A DNA stretch of 64,000 bases from Minisyncoccota bacterium (GTDB taxonomy: Bacteria > Patescibacteriota > Minisyncoccia > Phycocordibacterales > CSBR16-193). The position numbers and the translations under genes are program-made. Numbering within the stretch: the stretch's first letter is position 1; each line of letters opens with the position of its first letter. This document shows, one piece after another, positions 55,888 to 64,000 of this stretch. The notes under the pieces are model-generated. The model did no database searches, was not told the origin of the DNA, and was given only the letters and a program-made list of their open reading frames with translations. The stretch is from positions 199,075-263,074 of the forward strand of contig JBBDRA010000003.1 in the NCBI GenBank assembly GCA_040905715.1, given 5' to 3'.

Positions 55888-56823
55888 GTGCGTATGGAAC
55901 AACAGCCTCTGTCAGAACATAAAGAAAAGAATCACTACACACCCGGGTCAGTAGGCGAGCGCGTGCGCTTGTTTTTTATCGGTTTTGCTATGGGCGTCGC
56001 GGATCTAATACCGGGTATTTCCGGCGGCACGATCGCGCTTATCGCTAATGTGTATGATGAGCTTGTTGCGTCTATCAAGGTCACTACAAACACAGCGGTG
56101 AGTCTCTTTTTAAAAGGTAAATCGAGAGAGGCGGTCCGGGTGATCCCGTTCGGTTTCTTAGTGCCGCTTCTCGCAGGGCTTTTATTTGCTGTATTTTCTA
56201 TGGCAAATATCTTGTCTCGGCTTTTTGATTCGTATGCTGAATTTGTCTGGTCTTTTTTCTTCGGTCTGATCGCTGCCTCGGTCTTTGTTGTTTTCCGGCG
56301 TGTTCAGATCCGTTCAACGGGCGTGCTTATAAGCGCACTAATCGGCGCGGTTGCGTCGTATATGATCACCGGCCTTATCCCGGTGGAGACACCTGCTACA
56401 GCATTGTTGTTGTTTTTGAGCGGAGCGATCGCTATTACCGCAATGATCCTGCCCGGTATTTCCGGTTCATTTATTTTAATAATACTTGGAAAATATCAGC
56501 AGATACTTGCTGCGGTCGTCGAACGTGATGTTATGACGCTGGGTATTTTCCTCTTGGGAATACTTACGGGACTAGCCCTTTTTTCGCGCGTGATCAGCTA
56601 CTTTTTGCGGACGCATCACGATATAACTATTGCTTTGCTGACCGGATTTATTATCGGTTCGATTCGCACGGTCTGGCCATGGAAGGAGACGACGCCGATC
56701 GGTGTCGAGGTGAATGTTCTGCCGGAAGTATTTGATCTGAGTGTTGGTATTTCTATCGCGCTCGCACTTATCGGTGCAACTATTATTTTGGTGGTTGATA
56801 GGCTAGAAGTGGGGAAGAAGTAA
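55888..56823 (+). CDS. DUF368 family membrane protein
   Basis: GFAMGVADLIPGISGGTIAL signature, repeated PGISGS, 7-8 TM segments. Confidence 0.65.
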   Translation: MRMEQQPLSEHKEKNHYTPGSVGERVRLFFIGFAMGVADLIPGISGGTIALIANVYDELVASIKVTTNTAVSLFLKGKSREAVRVIPFGFLVPLLAGLLFAVFSMANILSRLFDSYAEFVWSFFFGLIAASVFVVFRRVQIRSTGVLISALIGAVASYMITGLIPVETPATALLLFLSGAIAITAMILPGISGSFILIILGKYQQILAAVVERDVMTLGIFLLGILTGLALFSRVISYFLRTHHDITIALLTGFIIGSIRTVWPWKETTPIGVEVNVLPEVFDLSVGISIALALIGATIILVVDRLEVGKK

Positions 56824-56846
56824 GAGGTTTTGATATACTGATATAT

Positions 56847-57185
56847 ATGCAAACACAACAACACAGCGATATTATAATTACTTCTACCGAGTCCCTTCCC
56901 GGCAAAGAGATCTCGGAAATTTTGGGATTGGTTCGAGGGAACACAATTCGAGCACGACATCTTGGTAGTGATATCGGTGCCTCACTTAAAAGTCTGGTCG
57001 GCGGTGAGATCAAAGGGTACGTTAAGGTTATGACCGATTCTCGAGAGAAGGCTGTTGAGCGGATGCTCGATGAGGCAAGAGTACTCGGTGCAGACGCGAT
57101 AGTAGCGACCCGCTTTACAACATCACAGGTCATGGACGGCGCGGCGGAAATAATGGTATACGGAACCGCTGTCACATTAAAGTAG
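56847..57185 (+). CDS. YbjQ/UPF0145 family protein
   Basis: 112 aa; GGEIKGYV...GADAIV pattern of the YbjQ family. Confidence 0.7.
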   Translation: MQTQQHSDIIITSTESLPGKEISEILGLVRGNTIRARHLGSDIGASLKSLVGGEIKGYVKVMTDSREKAVERMLDEARVLGADAIVATRFTTSQVMDGAAEIMVYGTAVTLK

Positions 57186-57460
57186 GCCAGAAGATCCTCC
57201 TTTATTTATGAGGTGTAACAATACGGTTCGGCCGGTGTCATAATATATAACTATGCGTACCTCGGCGTCCTGTTAAAGGTGCGCATGTTTTGGATATGGA
57301 AAAGTTTTATTCATTTTTTGCGATGGCCGTGCTCCTGGCGTCTTTGCTATTTGGAGCATACCTCGTTAAAGCTGCGTTTGAGGGCCTGTGAGAACTGGTC
57401 TAGATAGTGCGTCGTTCCGTGTATGTTTGTGTTTATAAGCTAGTAGTTCTCTATAGTAAT

Positions 57461-57916
57461 ATGCTTACCCTCGTTCCCTCGATCAGTATCAATGCATCAA
57501 AAGAGAAGGTATGGGAAACTATGCTGGATGATCTCACGTATCGTGAATGGACGAGCGAGTTTAGAGAAGGGTCGCACTACGTCGGTGACTGGAGCGAGGG
57601 AAGCAAAATACTTTTTCTAGCTCCGGACAAAACAGGCGATGTGAGTTCGGGTATGGTGAGTAAGGTCAAAGAGAGCAGACCGTGTGAATTTCTAGCGCTG
57701 GAACATCTCGGTGTTGTGGTAGATGGTAAAGAAGATCTGTCGAGTGAGGCGACACAAGGGTTGGCCGGTGCACTTGAGTGCTATACCTTGAGGGATCTTG
57801 GTGGTGGGATTACTGAGGTTGTTGTTGAAATGGATTGTGAAGAAAAGGAACAAAAGGTTCTCGAGCAAGCGTGGCTAAGGGCGCTCAAGAAGCTTAAGGA
57901 GTTATCTGAAAAATAA
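57461..57916 (+). CDS. SRPBCC (AHSA1/polyketide-cyclase-like) domain protein
   Basis: KEKVWETMLDDLTYREWTSEF helix-grip start; 151 aa. Confidence 0.5.
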   Translation: MLTLVPSISINASKEKVWETMLDDLTYREWTSEFREGSHYVGDWSEGSKILFLAPDKTGDVSSGMVSKVKESRPCEFLALEHLGVVVDGKEDLSSEATQGLAGALECYTLRDLGGGITEVVVEMDCEEKEQKVLEQAWLRALKKLKELSEK

Positions 57917-57921
57917 ATACT

Positions 57922-58335
57922 ATGAAAACAACACTTAATCCGTACATCATGTTTGACGATGCTACTGCTGACGCTATGAAATTCTATCAGTCGGTATTTG
58001 GAGGAGACCTTGAAATGCAAACGTACGGTGAAGCCGGTATGGCACAGTCTTCACCGCAGAAAGATAGGATCATTCATGCTTCGCTAACAAGTGACGTCAT
58101 TGCTATAATGGCAAGCGATATAGATCCGAAACACAGTCCGACACTGATGGTGGGGAATAATGTCGCTTTAAGTATTGTTGGTTCTGATAAAGAACTCTTA
58201 ACTGAGTATTTTTTAAAGCTTTCAATGGGAGGTACGGTTGAAATGCGACTCGAAAAACAGTTCTGGGGCGACCTGTTCGGCTCACTGGAAGACAAGTTTG
58301 GGATCCACTGGATGGTTAATATATCTGAGGAGTAA
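57922..58335 (+). CDS. VOC-family protein (PhnB-like)
   Basis: NPYIMFDD..ADAMKFY ... FGIHWMVN typical of the PhnB-like fold. Confidence 0.7.
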   Translation: MKTTLNPYIMFDDATADAMKFYQSVFGGDLEMQTYGEAGMAQSSPQKDRIIHASLTSDVIAIMASDIDPKHSPTLMVGNNVALSIVGSDKELLTEYFLKLSMGGTVEMRLEKQFWGDLFGSLEDKFGIHWMVNISEE

Positions 58336-58379
58336 GTGTTTCTCTTATACGAAAAGTAATAGATCAAGTGCTGTTGTTT

Positions 58380-58408
58380 GAACGCCTCAACGCGTTGAGG
58401 CGTTGAAC
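58380..58408. promoter_or_regulatory. near-perfect 28-nt palindrome between convergent or adjacent genes
   Basis: gaacgcctcaacgcgttgaggcgttgaac; no U-tract. Confidence 0.4.
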
Positions 58409-58431
58409 AGAGGTCTGGTATACTCAGGGTA

Positions 58432-58941
58432 ATGGAGATCAGATCAACGATGACGTCAGCCATATCAGGATCAACATTTGATGTGATATATCGAGAAGCT
58501 GATCCGGTTCAGGATCTCAAGGGCGCATCGTTGCAGGGAGTTCATGCGTATTGTTTTTATGATGACAGACTTGTTATAGTCTATGCTGAATCAAAAGGAT
58601 ACTGGACACCGCCCGGTGGCGGTATCGAAGAACGCGAATCATTTGAAGAGGCGGTAGTGCGAGAAGTGCAAGAGGAAACAAATATGAAAGTGCTTCATCA
58701 GGAGTTTATCGGATACCAGGACATCTTTGAGCCTGGTAGGGTTATTCGTCAGACTCGGTCGTTTTGTATTGTTGAACCGTATGGTGATTTTATCTCTGAC
58801 CCCGACGGTGAGATAACTGAGATAAAGCAGATAGAGCCAGGTGAGTATAAAAAGTATTTTGATTGGGGAGAGATTGGCGATCATATTTTTGACAGAGTAA
58901 TACAGTGTAAAAGTAGGTATGAGAGTAAGTATGAAAGCTAG
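58432..58941 (+). CDS. NUDIX hydrolase
   Basis: Nudix box GGGIEERESFEEAVVREVQEETNM. Confidence 0.8.
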   Translation: MEIRSTMTSAISGSTFDVIYREADPVQDLKGASLQGVHAYCFYDDRLVIVYAESKGYWTPPGGGIEERESFEEAVVREVQEETNMKVLHQEFIGYQDIFEPGRVIRQTRSFCIVEPYGDFISDPDGEITEIKQIEPGEYKKYFDWGEIGDHIFDRVIQCKSRYESKYES

Positions 58942-58974
58942 TATGAGAGCAAGGATCTATAGTTACGTCGCGGT

Positions 58975-59223
58975 ATGAACTACACTGTTTATATTCTCGA
59001 ATGCGCTGACGGGACGTTGTATACCGGATCCACTAATGATCTGGAGAAGCGGTTACATCAGCATAACCATGCAAAAGCCGGCGCTCACTACACCAAGATT
59101 CGGCGTCCGGTGACTCTTGCATACTCAGAGCGGTTCGAAACCATGAGTGAGGCACGGAAACGTGAGTGTGAACTGAAAAAACTTACGCGCGAGGAGAAAA
59201 TACTTCTGATCAGCAGTAGCTAG
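58975..59223 (+). CDS. GIY-YIG nuclease-domain protein (UPF0213-like)
   Basis: YTVYILECADGTLYTGSTNDLEKRLHQH. Confidence 0.75.
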   Translation: MNYTVYILECADGTLYTGSTNDLEKRLHQHNHAKAGAHYTKIRRPVTLAYSERFETMSEARKRECELKKLTREEKILLISSS

Positions 59224-59285
59224 CGTGGTCGTTTTACGGCTTGATATGATAGCATGAATAAAATCATGGTATAGGAAAAGTTTGT

Positions 59286-60248
59286 ATGTATTACTGGAAA
59301 CGAAGTGTGGTTGCGATAGCTATGGTGGCATTAGGGAGTGCGATCATCTTTTTTGCGTCTCAGGAAACCTCTACGGTGGAATTTTCAAGGAGCGAAAGTA
59401 GTGTAGATACCGCCAAAACCCAAGAGGCCGGTACCAGTAGCTCACAACAAGTGAGTGAAGACGAGCTGTTGCCGGACATTAGAGTGTTTGAGCCGCGAGA
59501 CGTAAAAGTTGTCGAGAAGGATGACCGAACGCTGCTTGTTTTTAGTACGATCTATTACAACCAGGGAGAGGGTCCGCTTGAGCTGGTGGCCGACCCGGAT
59601 ACAGCTGATGAAGAAGGGGATGTTGAGCGCAGTGTATTTCAGAACATTTATAATAACGAGGATGAAATACGCCAGGTACAGGTGGGTACGTTCGTGTGGC
59701 ATGGTGAGCATGGCCATTATCACTTCTCTGACTTTGTGGACTTTCGTCTTGAGCCGACTTCAAAAACAACAGATGAACATGGTGTTGCTGCTGATGATAT
59801 CTCTGCGAAAAATAAAGCTACTTTCTGCGTACGTGATGTGAGCCGGGTCTATGCCGGAGTAGAGAGTGCGCCCGATGACGCAATATATCGAGTTTGTGAC
59901 AAGGAGAAACAAGGCGTTTCAGTGGGGTGGGGCGACACCTACTTTTTTGATTATCCGGATCAGGATATTGACGTGACCGATCTGCCGGCCGGAGAATACC
60001 GTTTGGTATTTGAGGGAAATCCCGAACGGAGATTCCGAGAGTCGAATCACGAGAACAATGTAAGCTGGGCTTTGATAGAACTTGACCCTGAGTCACAGAC
60101 AGTAGATGTGCTTGAGCTTGAACCGTCAGATCCACCGGAGGTTGAGCACTTGTATCCGGAGCAGGATTTTGAGAGCGGTGCGTCAGATATTGAGTATATA
60201 AATCAATGGGAAACCGCAAAGAAGCATAGAAATACAGAAAGGGAATAG
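59286..60248 (+). CDS. membrane-anchored lysyl oxidase (LOX)-like copper amine oxidase domain protein
   Basis: WHGEHGHYH (compare the LOX copper site WHSCHQHYH); KATFCVRD, GWGDTYFFDYPDQDIDVTDLPAGEYRL, ESNHENNV align with the LOX catalytic-domain blocks, including the Lys and Tyr that form the LTQ cofactor. Confidence 0.65.
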   Translation: MYYWKRSVVAIAMVALGSAIIFFASQETSTVEFSRSESSVDTAKTQEAGTSSSQQVSEDELLPDIRVFEPRDVKVVEKDDRTLLVFSTIYYNQGEGPLELVADPDTADEEGDVERSVFQNIYNNEDEIRQVQVGTFVWHGEHGHYHFSDFVDFRLEPTSKTTDEHGVAADDISAKNKATFCVRDVSRVYAGVESAPDDAIYRVCDKEKQGVSVGWGDTYFFDYPDQDIDVTDLPAGEYRLVFEGNPERRFRESNHENNVSWALIELDPESQTVDVLELEPSDPPEVEHLYPEQDFESGASDIEYINQWETAKKHRNTERE

Positions 60249-60381
60249 TGCATCAGGCAGGATTTGCCAATAAGAATAAACTAAGCTATAGTAGTAATCC
60301 TACTGGAGCCCCTCCGTACGCGGGGTTTTCTTTTTTACACAGATAGTACGTAGAGATTAGACAAGAAGTTTAAACATTAGT

Positions 60382-62187
60382 ATGGAAATTCGAAATATAG
60401 CTATTATTGCCCACGTAGACCACGGCAAGACCACTCTGACTGATGAGATCATCAAGCAGACCGGAACCGGTAAGCAGGGAGTCTCTATGGACTCTAATGA
60501 TCTCGAAAAGGAGCGAGGAATCACTATCTACGCCAAGAACACCTCGGCGTACTATAAAGATACGAAGATCAATATTCTGGATACACCGGGTCACGCTGAC
60601 TTTGGCTCTGAGGTTGAGCGTGTACTGCGTTCGGTGGATTCAGTACTGTTGGTTGTGGATGCAGCCGAAGGTCCGATGCCGCAGACCAAATTCGTTTTGA
60701 AAAAGTCGCTTGAGTTAGGGCTCAAGCCGATTCTTGTTTTAAATAAAATAGATAAACCGGGAGCTGATGTTGAGAAAGCACATGAAGCAGTGTACGAGCT
60801 TTTCTTTGACCTTGGCGCAACCGACGAGCAGCTTGATTTTGAGACGGTGTATGCGATAGGTGTGGAGGGTGTGGCCAAACGAACCATGGAGGAGGAGGCA
60901 AAAGATCTCTCTCCGATCCTAGACCTTATCCTCGAGAAAGTAGAGCCTGCTTACAGCGACGAGAGAAAGGCAGAGCCTCTAAAGGCTCAGGTGTTTAACC
61001 TTGCGTATGATAACTTTCTTGGGCGTATGGGTATTTGCCGCGTGTATGCCGGCACAGTAAAGAAGAATCAGAGTGTGTTCGTGAAAACAGAAGGAAAAGA
61101 AACCTTTAGTGGCAAGGTGAGCAAACTCTTTACCTTCGAGGGTATTGAAAAAATGGAGGTAGATGAAGCGGTGACCGGAGACATTGTGATGATCGCCGGT
61201 ATTCCGGACATTTTTATCGGCCAGACCCTTCTTGACTCAGAAGAAGGAGAGCCGTTGCCGGCTATTGAGGTGGATGAGCCGACGCTGTCGTTCAATATGC
61301 TTGTGAACGACTCACCGTTTGGTGGAAAGGTTGGTAAGTATCTCACGTCACGCCAGATACGAGATAGGCTTGAGAAGGAGCTTGAGGTAAACGTAGGCTT
61401 ACGGGTTGATTTCTCTAATGACAATGCGTTCAAGGTCTACGGTCGAGGCGAGCTTCATCTTGCGGTACTTATCGAGAATATGCGACGCGAAGGGTTTGAG
61501 CTTTCTGTGTCTCAACCTGAGGTTATTGTTAAAGATGTCGATGGGGTAAAGAGCGAACCGTTTGAAGAGGTTACGATTCTTGTACCGGAGGGTATGTCCG
61601 GAACGGTTATCGAAAAACTTTCTAACCGACGCGGATCAATGATGGACATGAAGCAAGAGGGAACGCAGAGCAGAATAACGTTTCATGTGCCAACACGCGG
61701 TCTTCTGGGATATCGAGGCGAGTTTGTGGTAGATACCAAAGGTGAAGGGATAATGACCAGTGTGTTTCATTCATTTCAGCCGTATGCCGGAGTGATCAAC
61801 AAGACCGAGTATGGCTCAATGGTATCGATGGCCAACGGCAAAGCGCTTGCGTTTGCTCTGGCAACACTTCAGGAGCGCGGCGTACTGTATATAGACCCGG
61901 GAACAGAGGTGTACGAAGGAATGGTGATCGGCTACACCACAAAGGGTGAGGACATGGTCGTGAATCCAACTAAAGGAAAGCAGCTTACAAACATGCGTGC
62001 CTCCGGTTCAGACGGTACGGTTCAGTTGGCTCCACCGCTTAAGCTTACTCTTGAGCAGGCACTTGGAGCGATGCTTGATGATGAGTATCTAGAGGTAACA
62101 CCGGAAGCGATCCGGCTGCGTAAGCGATACCTGACCGAAAATGATCGCAAGAAGCATGGTCGGCAAACGGTTAAAGCAGGGGAATAA
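60382..62187 (+). CDS. typA: translational GTPase TypA/BipA
   Basis: AIIAHVDHGKTTL, DTPGHADF, NKIDKP; 601 aa. Confidence 0.95.
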   Translation: MEIRNIAIIAHVDHGKTTLTDEIIKQTGTGKQGVSMDSNDLEKERGITIYAKNTSAYYKDTKINILDTPGHADFGSEVERVLRSVDSVLLVVDAAEGPMPQTKFVLKKSLELGLKPILVLNKIDKPGADVEKAHEAVYELFFDLGATDEQLDFETVYAIGVEGVAKRTMEEEAKDLSPILDLILEKVEPAYSDERKAEPLKAQVFNLAYDNFLGRMGICRVYAGTVKKNQSVFVKTEGKETFSGKVSKLFTFEGIEKMEVDEAVTGDIVMIAGIPDIFIGQTLLDSEEGEPLPAIEVDEPTLSFNMLVNDSPFGGKVGKYLTSRQIRDRLEKELEVNVGLRVDFSNDNAFKVYGRGELHLAVLIENMRREGFELSVSQPEVIVKDVDGVKSEPFEEVTILVPEGMSGTVIEKLSNRRGSMMDMKQEGTQSRITFHVPTRGLLGYRGEFVVDTKGEGIMTSVFHSFQPYAGVINKTEYGSMVSMANGKALAFALATLQERGVLYIDPGTEVYEGMVIGYTTKGEDMVVNPTKGKQLTNMRASGSDGTVQLAPPLKLTLEQALGAMLDDEYLEVTPEAIRLRKRYLTENDRKKHGRQTVKAGE

Positions 62188-62194
62188 CTAATAC

Positions 62195-62221
62195 AAAAAA
62201 GCGGCTTCAGCCGCTTTTTTA
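62195..62221 (+). terminator. rho-independent terminator
   Basis: gcggct tc agccgc plus T7. Confidence 0.8.
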
Positions 62222-62237
62222 CTACCGATTCGCAATG

Positions 62238-62654
62238 TTATTTTGCCGGATGGATCGTTCGCCAAGTTTTACGCGCCAGTTTTTTTGTACGCTGAACGTT
62301 GGAAACCGCGGCAAGAGCTCGAATAACTCGAAGGGATCGGGCGATACGAAGAATGCGAAGTGAACGTGTTGCCTCAGCATTGATCGGTACAGACGAGAGC
62401 AGGTTGAGCCAGTTCTCCTTGGCGTATCTGTTCCGTCGGGTGCTTGTTGTAAAACCGACGATGAAATCCGCAAGAAATATCCAGGCGACGGCAAGATCAA
62501 AGCTCTGAAGAATAACAAGCTGGTCCGGAGGAGGTGATAGCAGCATCTCGTAGGCGAGAAACAGAAGGCTCAGTATTGCCATCACCCCGAGCGTGGATTC
62601 ATAGAGGTATCCGTGCTGGGCTTTATATATCTGGGTTCGAATGAAGGTGCTCAT
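62238..62654 (-). CDS. voltage-sensor-domain-only membrane protein (S1-S4, no pore)
   Basis: S4 RSLRILRIARSLRVIRAL with Arg every third residue; three preceding TM helices; 138 aa; 22 nt downstream of the P-type ATPase stop. Confidence 0.6.
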   Translation of the reverse strand: MSTFIRTQIYKAQHGYLYESTLGVMAILSLLFLAYEMLLSPPPDQLVILQSFDLAVAWIFLADFIVGFTTSTRRNRYAKENWLNLLSSVPINAEATRSLRILRIARSLRVIRALAAVSNVQRTKKLARKTWRTIHPAK

Positions 62655-62676
62655 AGAAGATATTCACGCAGGATCG

Positions 62677-64000
62677 TTAGCGTTTTTCGTTGTGACGCCG
62701 TGCAACCTTCCAGATCTCATCTACTACGATAACTGATAGGGCAACCGGAATGATCATGAGCCAGTACATTGCCGCGATCGGCTCGAAGCCGAGAAGGTTT
62801 GAGAGAAATGGTGTGTAGAGTGCTGAAACATGAAGAATGATAACAAGCGTGAATGCCCCCAGCAGGTACTTGTTGGCAGCCATGCTCTCCTGGAAAACAG
62901 AGTCGTAGTCTGAGCGACAAGTCCAGATCTTGGTCCACTGGAAGGCAGCCATGGTCGTTACTGCTACGGTAATAGCATACGGCAGGGTTTCATGAGAAAG
63001 AGCGAACACAAACATTCCGAGTGAACCGACAACCATTGTCCCGGCCTTGATCGACATACGCTGAAGCATAAATCCTTCCACGATCCACTTGCTTGGTTTG
63101 GGAAATGAGCGTCGAAGCAAATTCTTTTCCTTTGGTTCCATGGCAAGCGCAACATCGAGGAATCCATCGGTAACGAAGTTTAACCAGATGATCTGTGCGG
63201 CGGTGATCGGAACCGGCAGACCGACTGCTAGTGCGGTGATAATAATAAAGATCTCACCAAGACTGGTCGTAAAGAGGAAAAGTGTTACTTTCTTGATGTT
63301 CTGATGGATCGCTCGGCCTTCTTCGATAGCTGCGGCGATACTTGAGATGTTGTCATCCATCAGCACTAGGTCTGATGCCTCTTTGGCAACTTCGGTCCCT
63401 TGTTTACCCATTGCTACACCGAGATTAGCAGAGACGAGTGAAAGCGCGTCATTCACTCCGTCGCCGGTCATGGCGATCGTTTCACCGCGGGCTTTAAAGG
63501 CGGCGATGATGCGCAGTTTATGATCCGGAGAGACACGGGCAAACACACTGACATTTTCGACGCGCTCAGCAAGCTCGCTATCGCTGAGGTTGTCGATCTC
63601 TACTCCTTCCATGATACCGTCACCATCCTTGTAGATCCCCGAGGCTTTCGCGATCGCTTGAGCGGTGATCTTATGGTCGCCGGTTATCATCATCATGCGC
63701 ACGCCAGCGCCTTCAATGGTCGCAACCGATTCCGCAACATTTTCTCGTAGTGCATCTCGCATAGCATACAGACCTTCGAATGTGAGACCGGAAATATCAT
63801 CCGGGGAGAGTGAATCTTTTTCAAGAGAATGTTTGGCAAACGCAAGCACGCGATATCCGTTTCCTGACAGTTCGTTAATCTGACCGGTTATCTTCTCTCG
63901 TGCATCTTCTGTTAGCTCGATGGCATTGTCTCCTTCGAAATGTTTGTCGCATTTCTCGAGCAGGATCTCCGGCGCACCTACAACGACCATCATTTTCTCG
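62677..64000 (-). CDS. P-type cation-transporting ATPase (type II-like), C-terminal part; gene continues beyond the window end
   Basis: MTGDGVNDALSL hinge motif, ITGDHKITA, C-terminal TM bundle. Confidence 0.85.
   Translation of the reverse strand, partial: EKMMVVVGAPEILLEKCDKHFEGDNAIELTEDAREKITGQINELSGNGYRVLAFAKHSLEKDSLSPDDISGLTFEGLYAMRDALRENVAESVATIEGAGVRMMMITGDHKITAQAIAKASGIYKDGDGIMEGVEIDNLSDSELAERVENVSVFARVSPDHKLRIIAAFKARGETIAMTGDGVNDALSLVSANLGVAMGKQGTEVAKEASDLVLMDDNISSIAAAIEEGRAIHQNIKKVTLFLFTTSLGEIFIIITALAVGLPVPITAAQIIWLNFVTDGFLDVALAMEPKEKNLLRRSFPKPSKWIVEGFMLQRMSIKAGTMVVGSLGMFVFALSHETLPYAITVAVTTMAAFQWTKIWTCRSDYDSVFQESMAANKYLLGAFTLVIILHVSALYTPFLSNLLGFEPIAAMYWLMIIPVALSVIVVDEIWKVARRHNEKR

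Noticed and set aside
58380-58408. Calling the perfect palindrome after the VOC gene a rho-independent terminator.
   Set aside because: No T-run follows on either strand. It is kept as a possible protein-binding inverted repeat instead.
1-64000. A CRISPR array or cas genes.
   Set aside because: No regularly spaced short direct repeats were seen anywhere in the window. The only tandem repeats are coding (the SYD repeats and the 11-mer repeat protein) or tRNA-derived.

Overview
This is a 64-kb bacterial chromosomal window, read by eye only, about 40-45% GC with some GC-rich patches. The gene content (small dnaX, many short hypothetical membrane proteins, frequent leaderless promoters) suggests a small-genome, possibly Patescibacteria-like, organism, but taxonomy cannot be settled from sequence alone.

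Recognisable housekeeping genes include a ClpB/C C-terminal fragment, alr, a class-I aminotransferase, rpmG, miaA, parB, topA, dprA, serS, a FtsQ-like gene, dus, dnaX, leuCD, tspO, an ABC-F ATPase, mgtE and typA/bipA. Four tRNAs are present: Tyr-GTA, Trp-CCA, Leu-CAA and Gln-TTG. These genes are interspersed with clear mobile-element signatures.

1. A roughly 12-kb integrated island at tRNA-Trp is bounded by a perfect 22-bp direct repeat and carries a large serine recombinase. Its cargo includes a membrane-anchored staphylococcal-nuclease homolog, a tandem family of four zinc-ribbon membrane proteins, and a DUF4238 protein plus small membrane-protein operon that resembles known single-gene anti-phage defense proteins.
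2. Degenerate tandem copies of the tRNA-Tyr 3' end lie downstream of tRNA-Tyr.
3. A 21-bp copy of the tRNA-Gln 3' end sits 255 bp downstream of tRNA-Gln.
4. A 32-bp direct repeat flanks a divergent DapB-like gene beside the GC-rich leuCD.

Other notable features:
- Two paralogous cassettes, one of them decaying, each encoding a small zinc-ribbon protein followed by a hydrophobic micropeptide of 25 or 34 aa.
- Promoter-plus-terminator-delimited candidate small RNA or small-protein loci.
- A membrane-anchored Clp-family ATPase with a degenerate first ATPase domain (D1).
- A secreted HU-like protein with a roughly 100-aa insertion.
- A bacterial lysyl-oxidase homolog.
- A voltage-sensor-domain-only protein co-oriented with a P-type ATPase.
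- A frameshifted DUF2200 gene with a second 3' fragment elsewhere.
- A 1423-aa Ig-domain surface protein.

All calls rest on motif recognition by eye. No database search was run.
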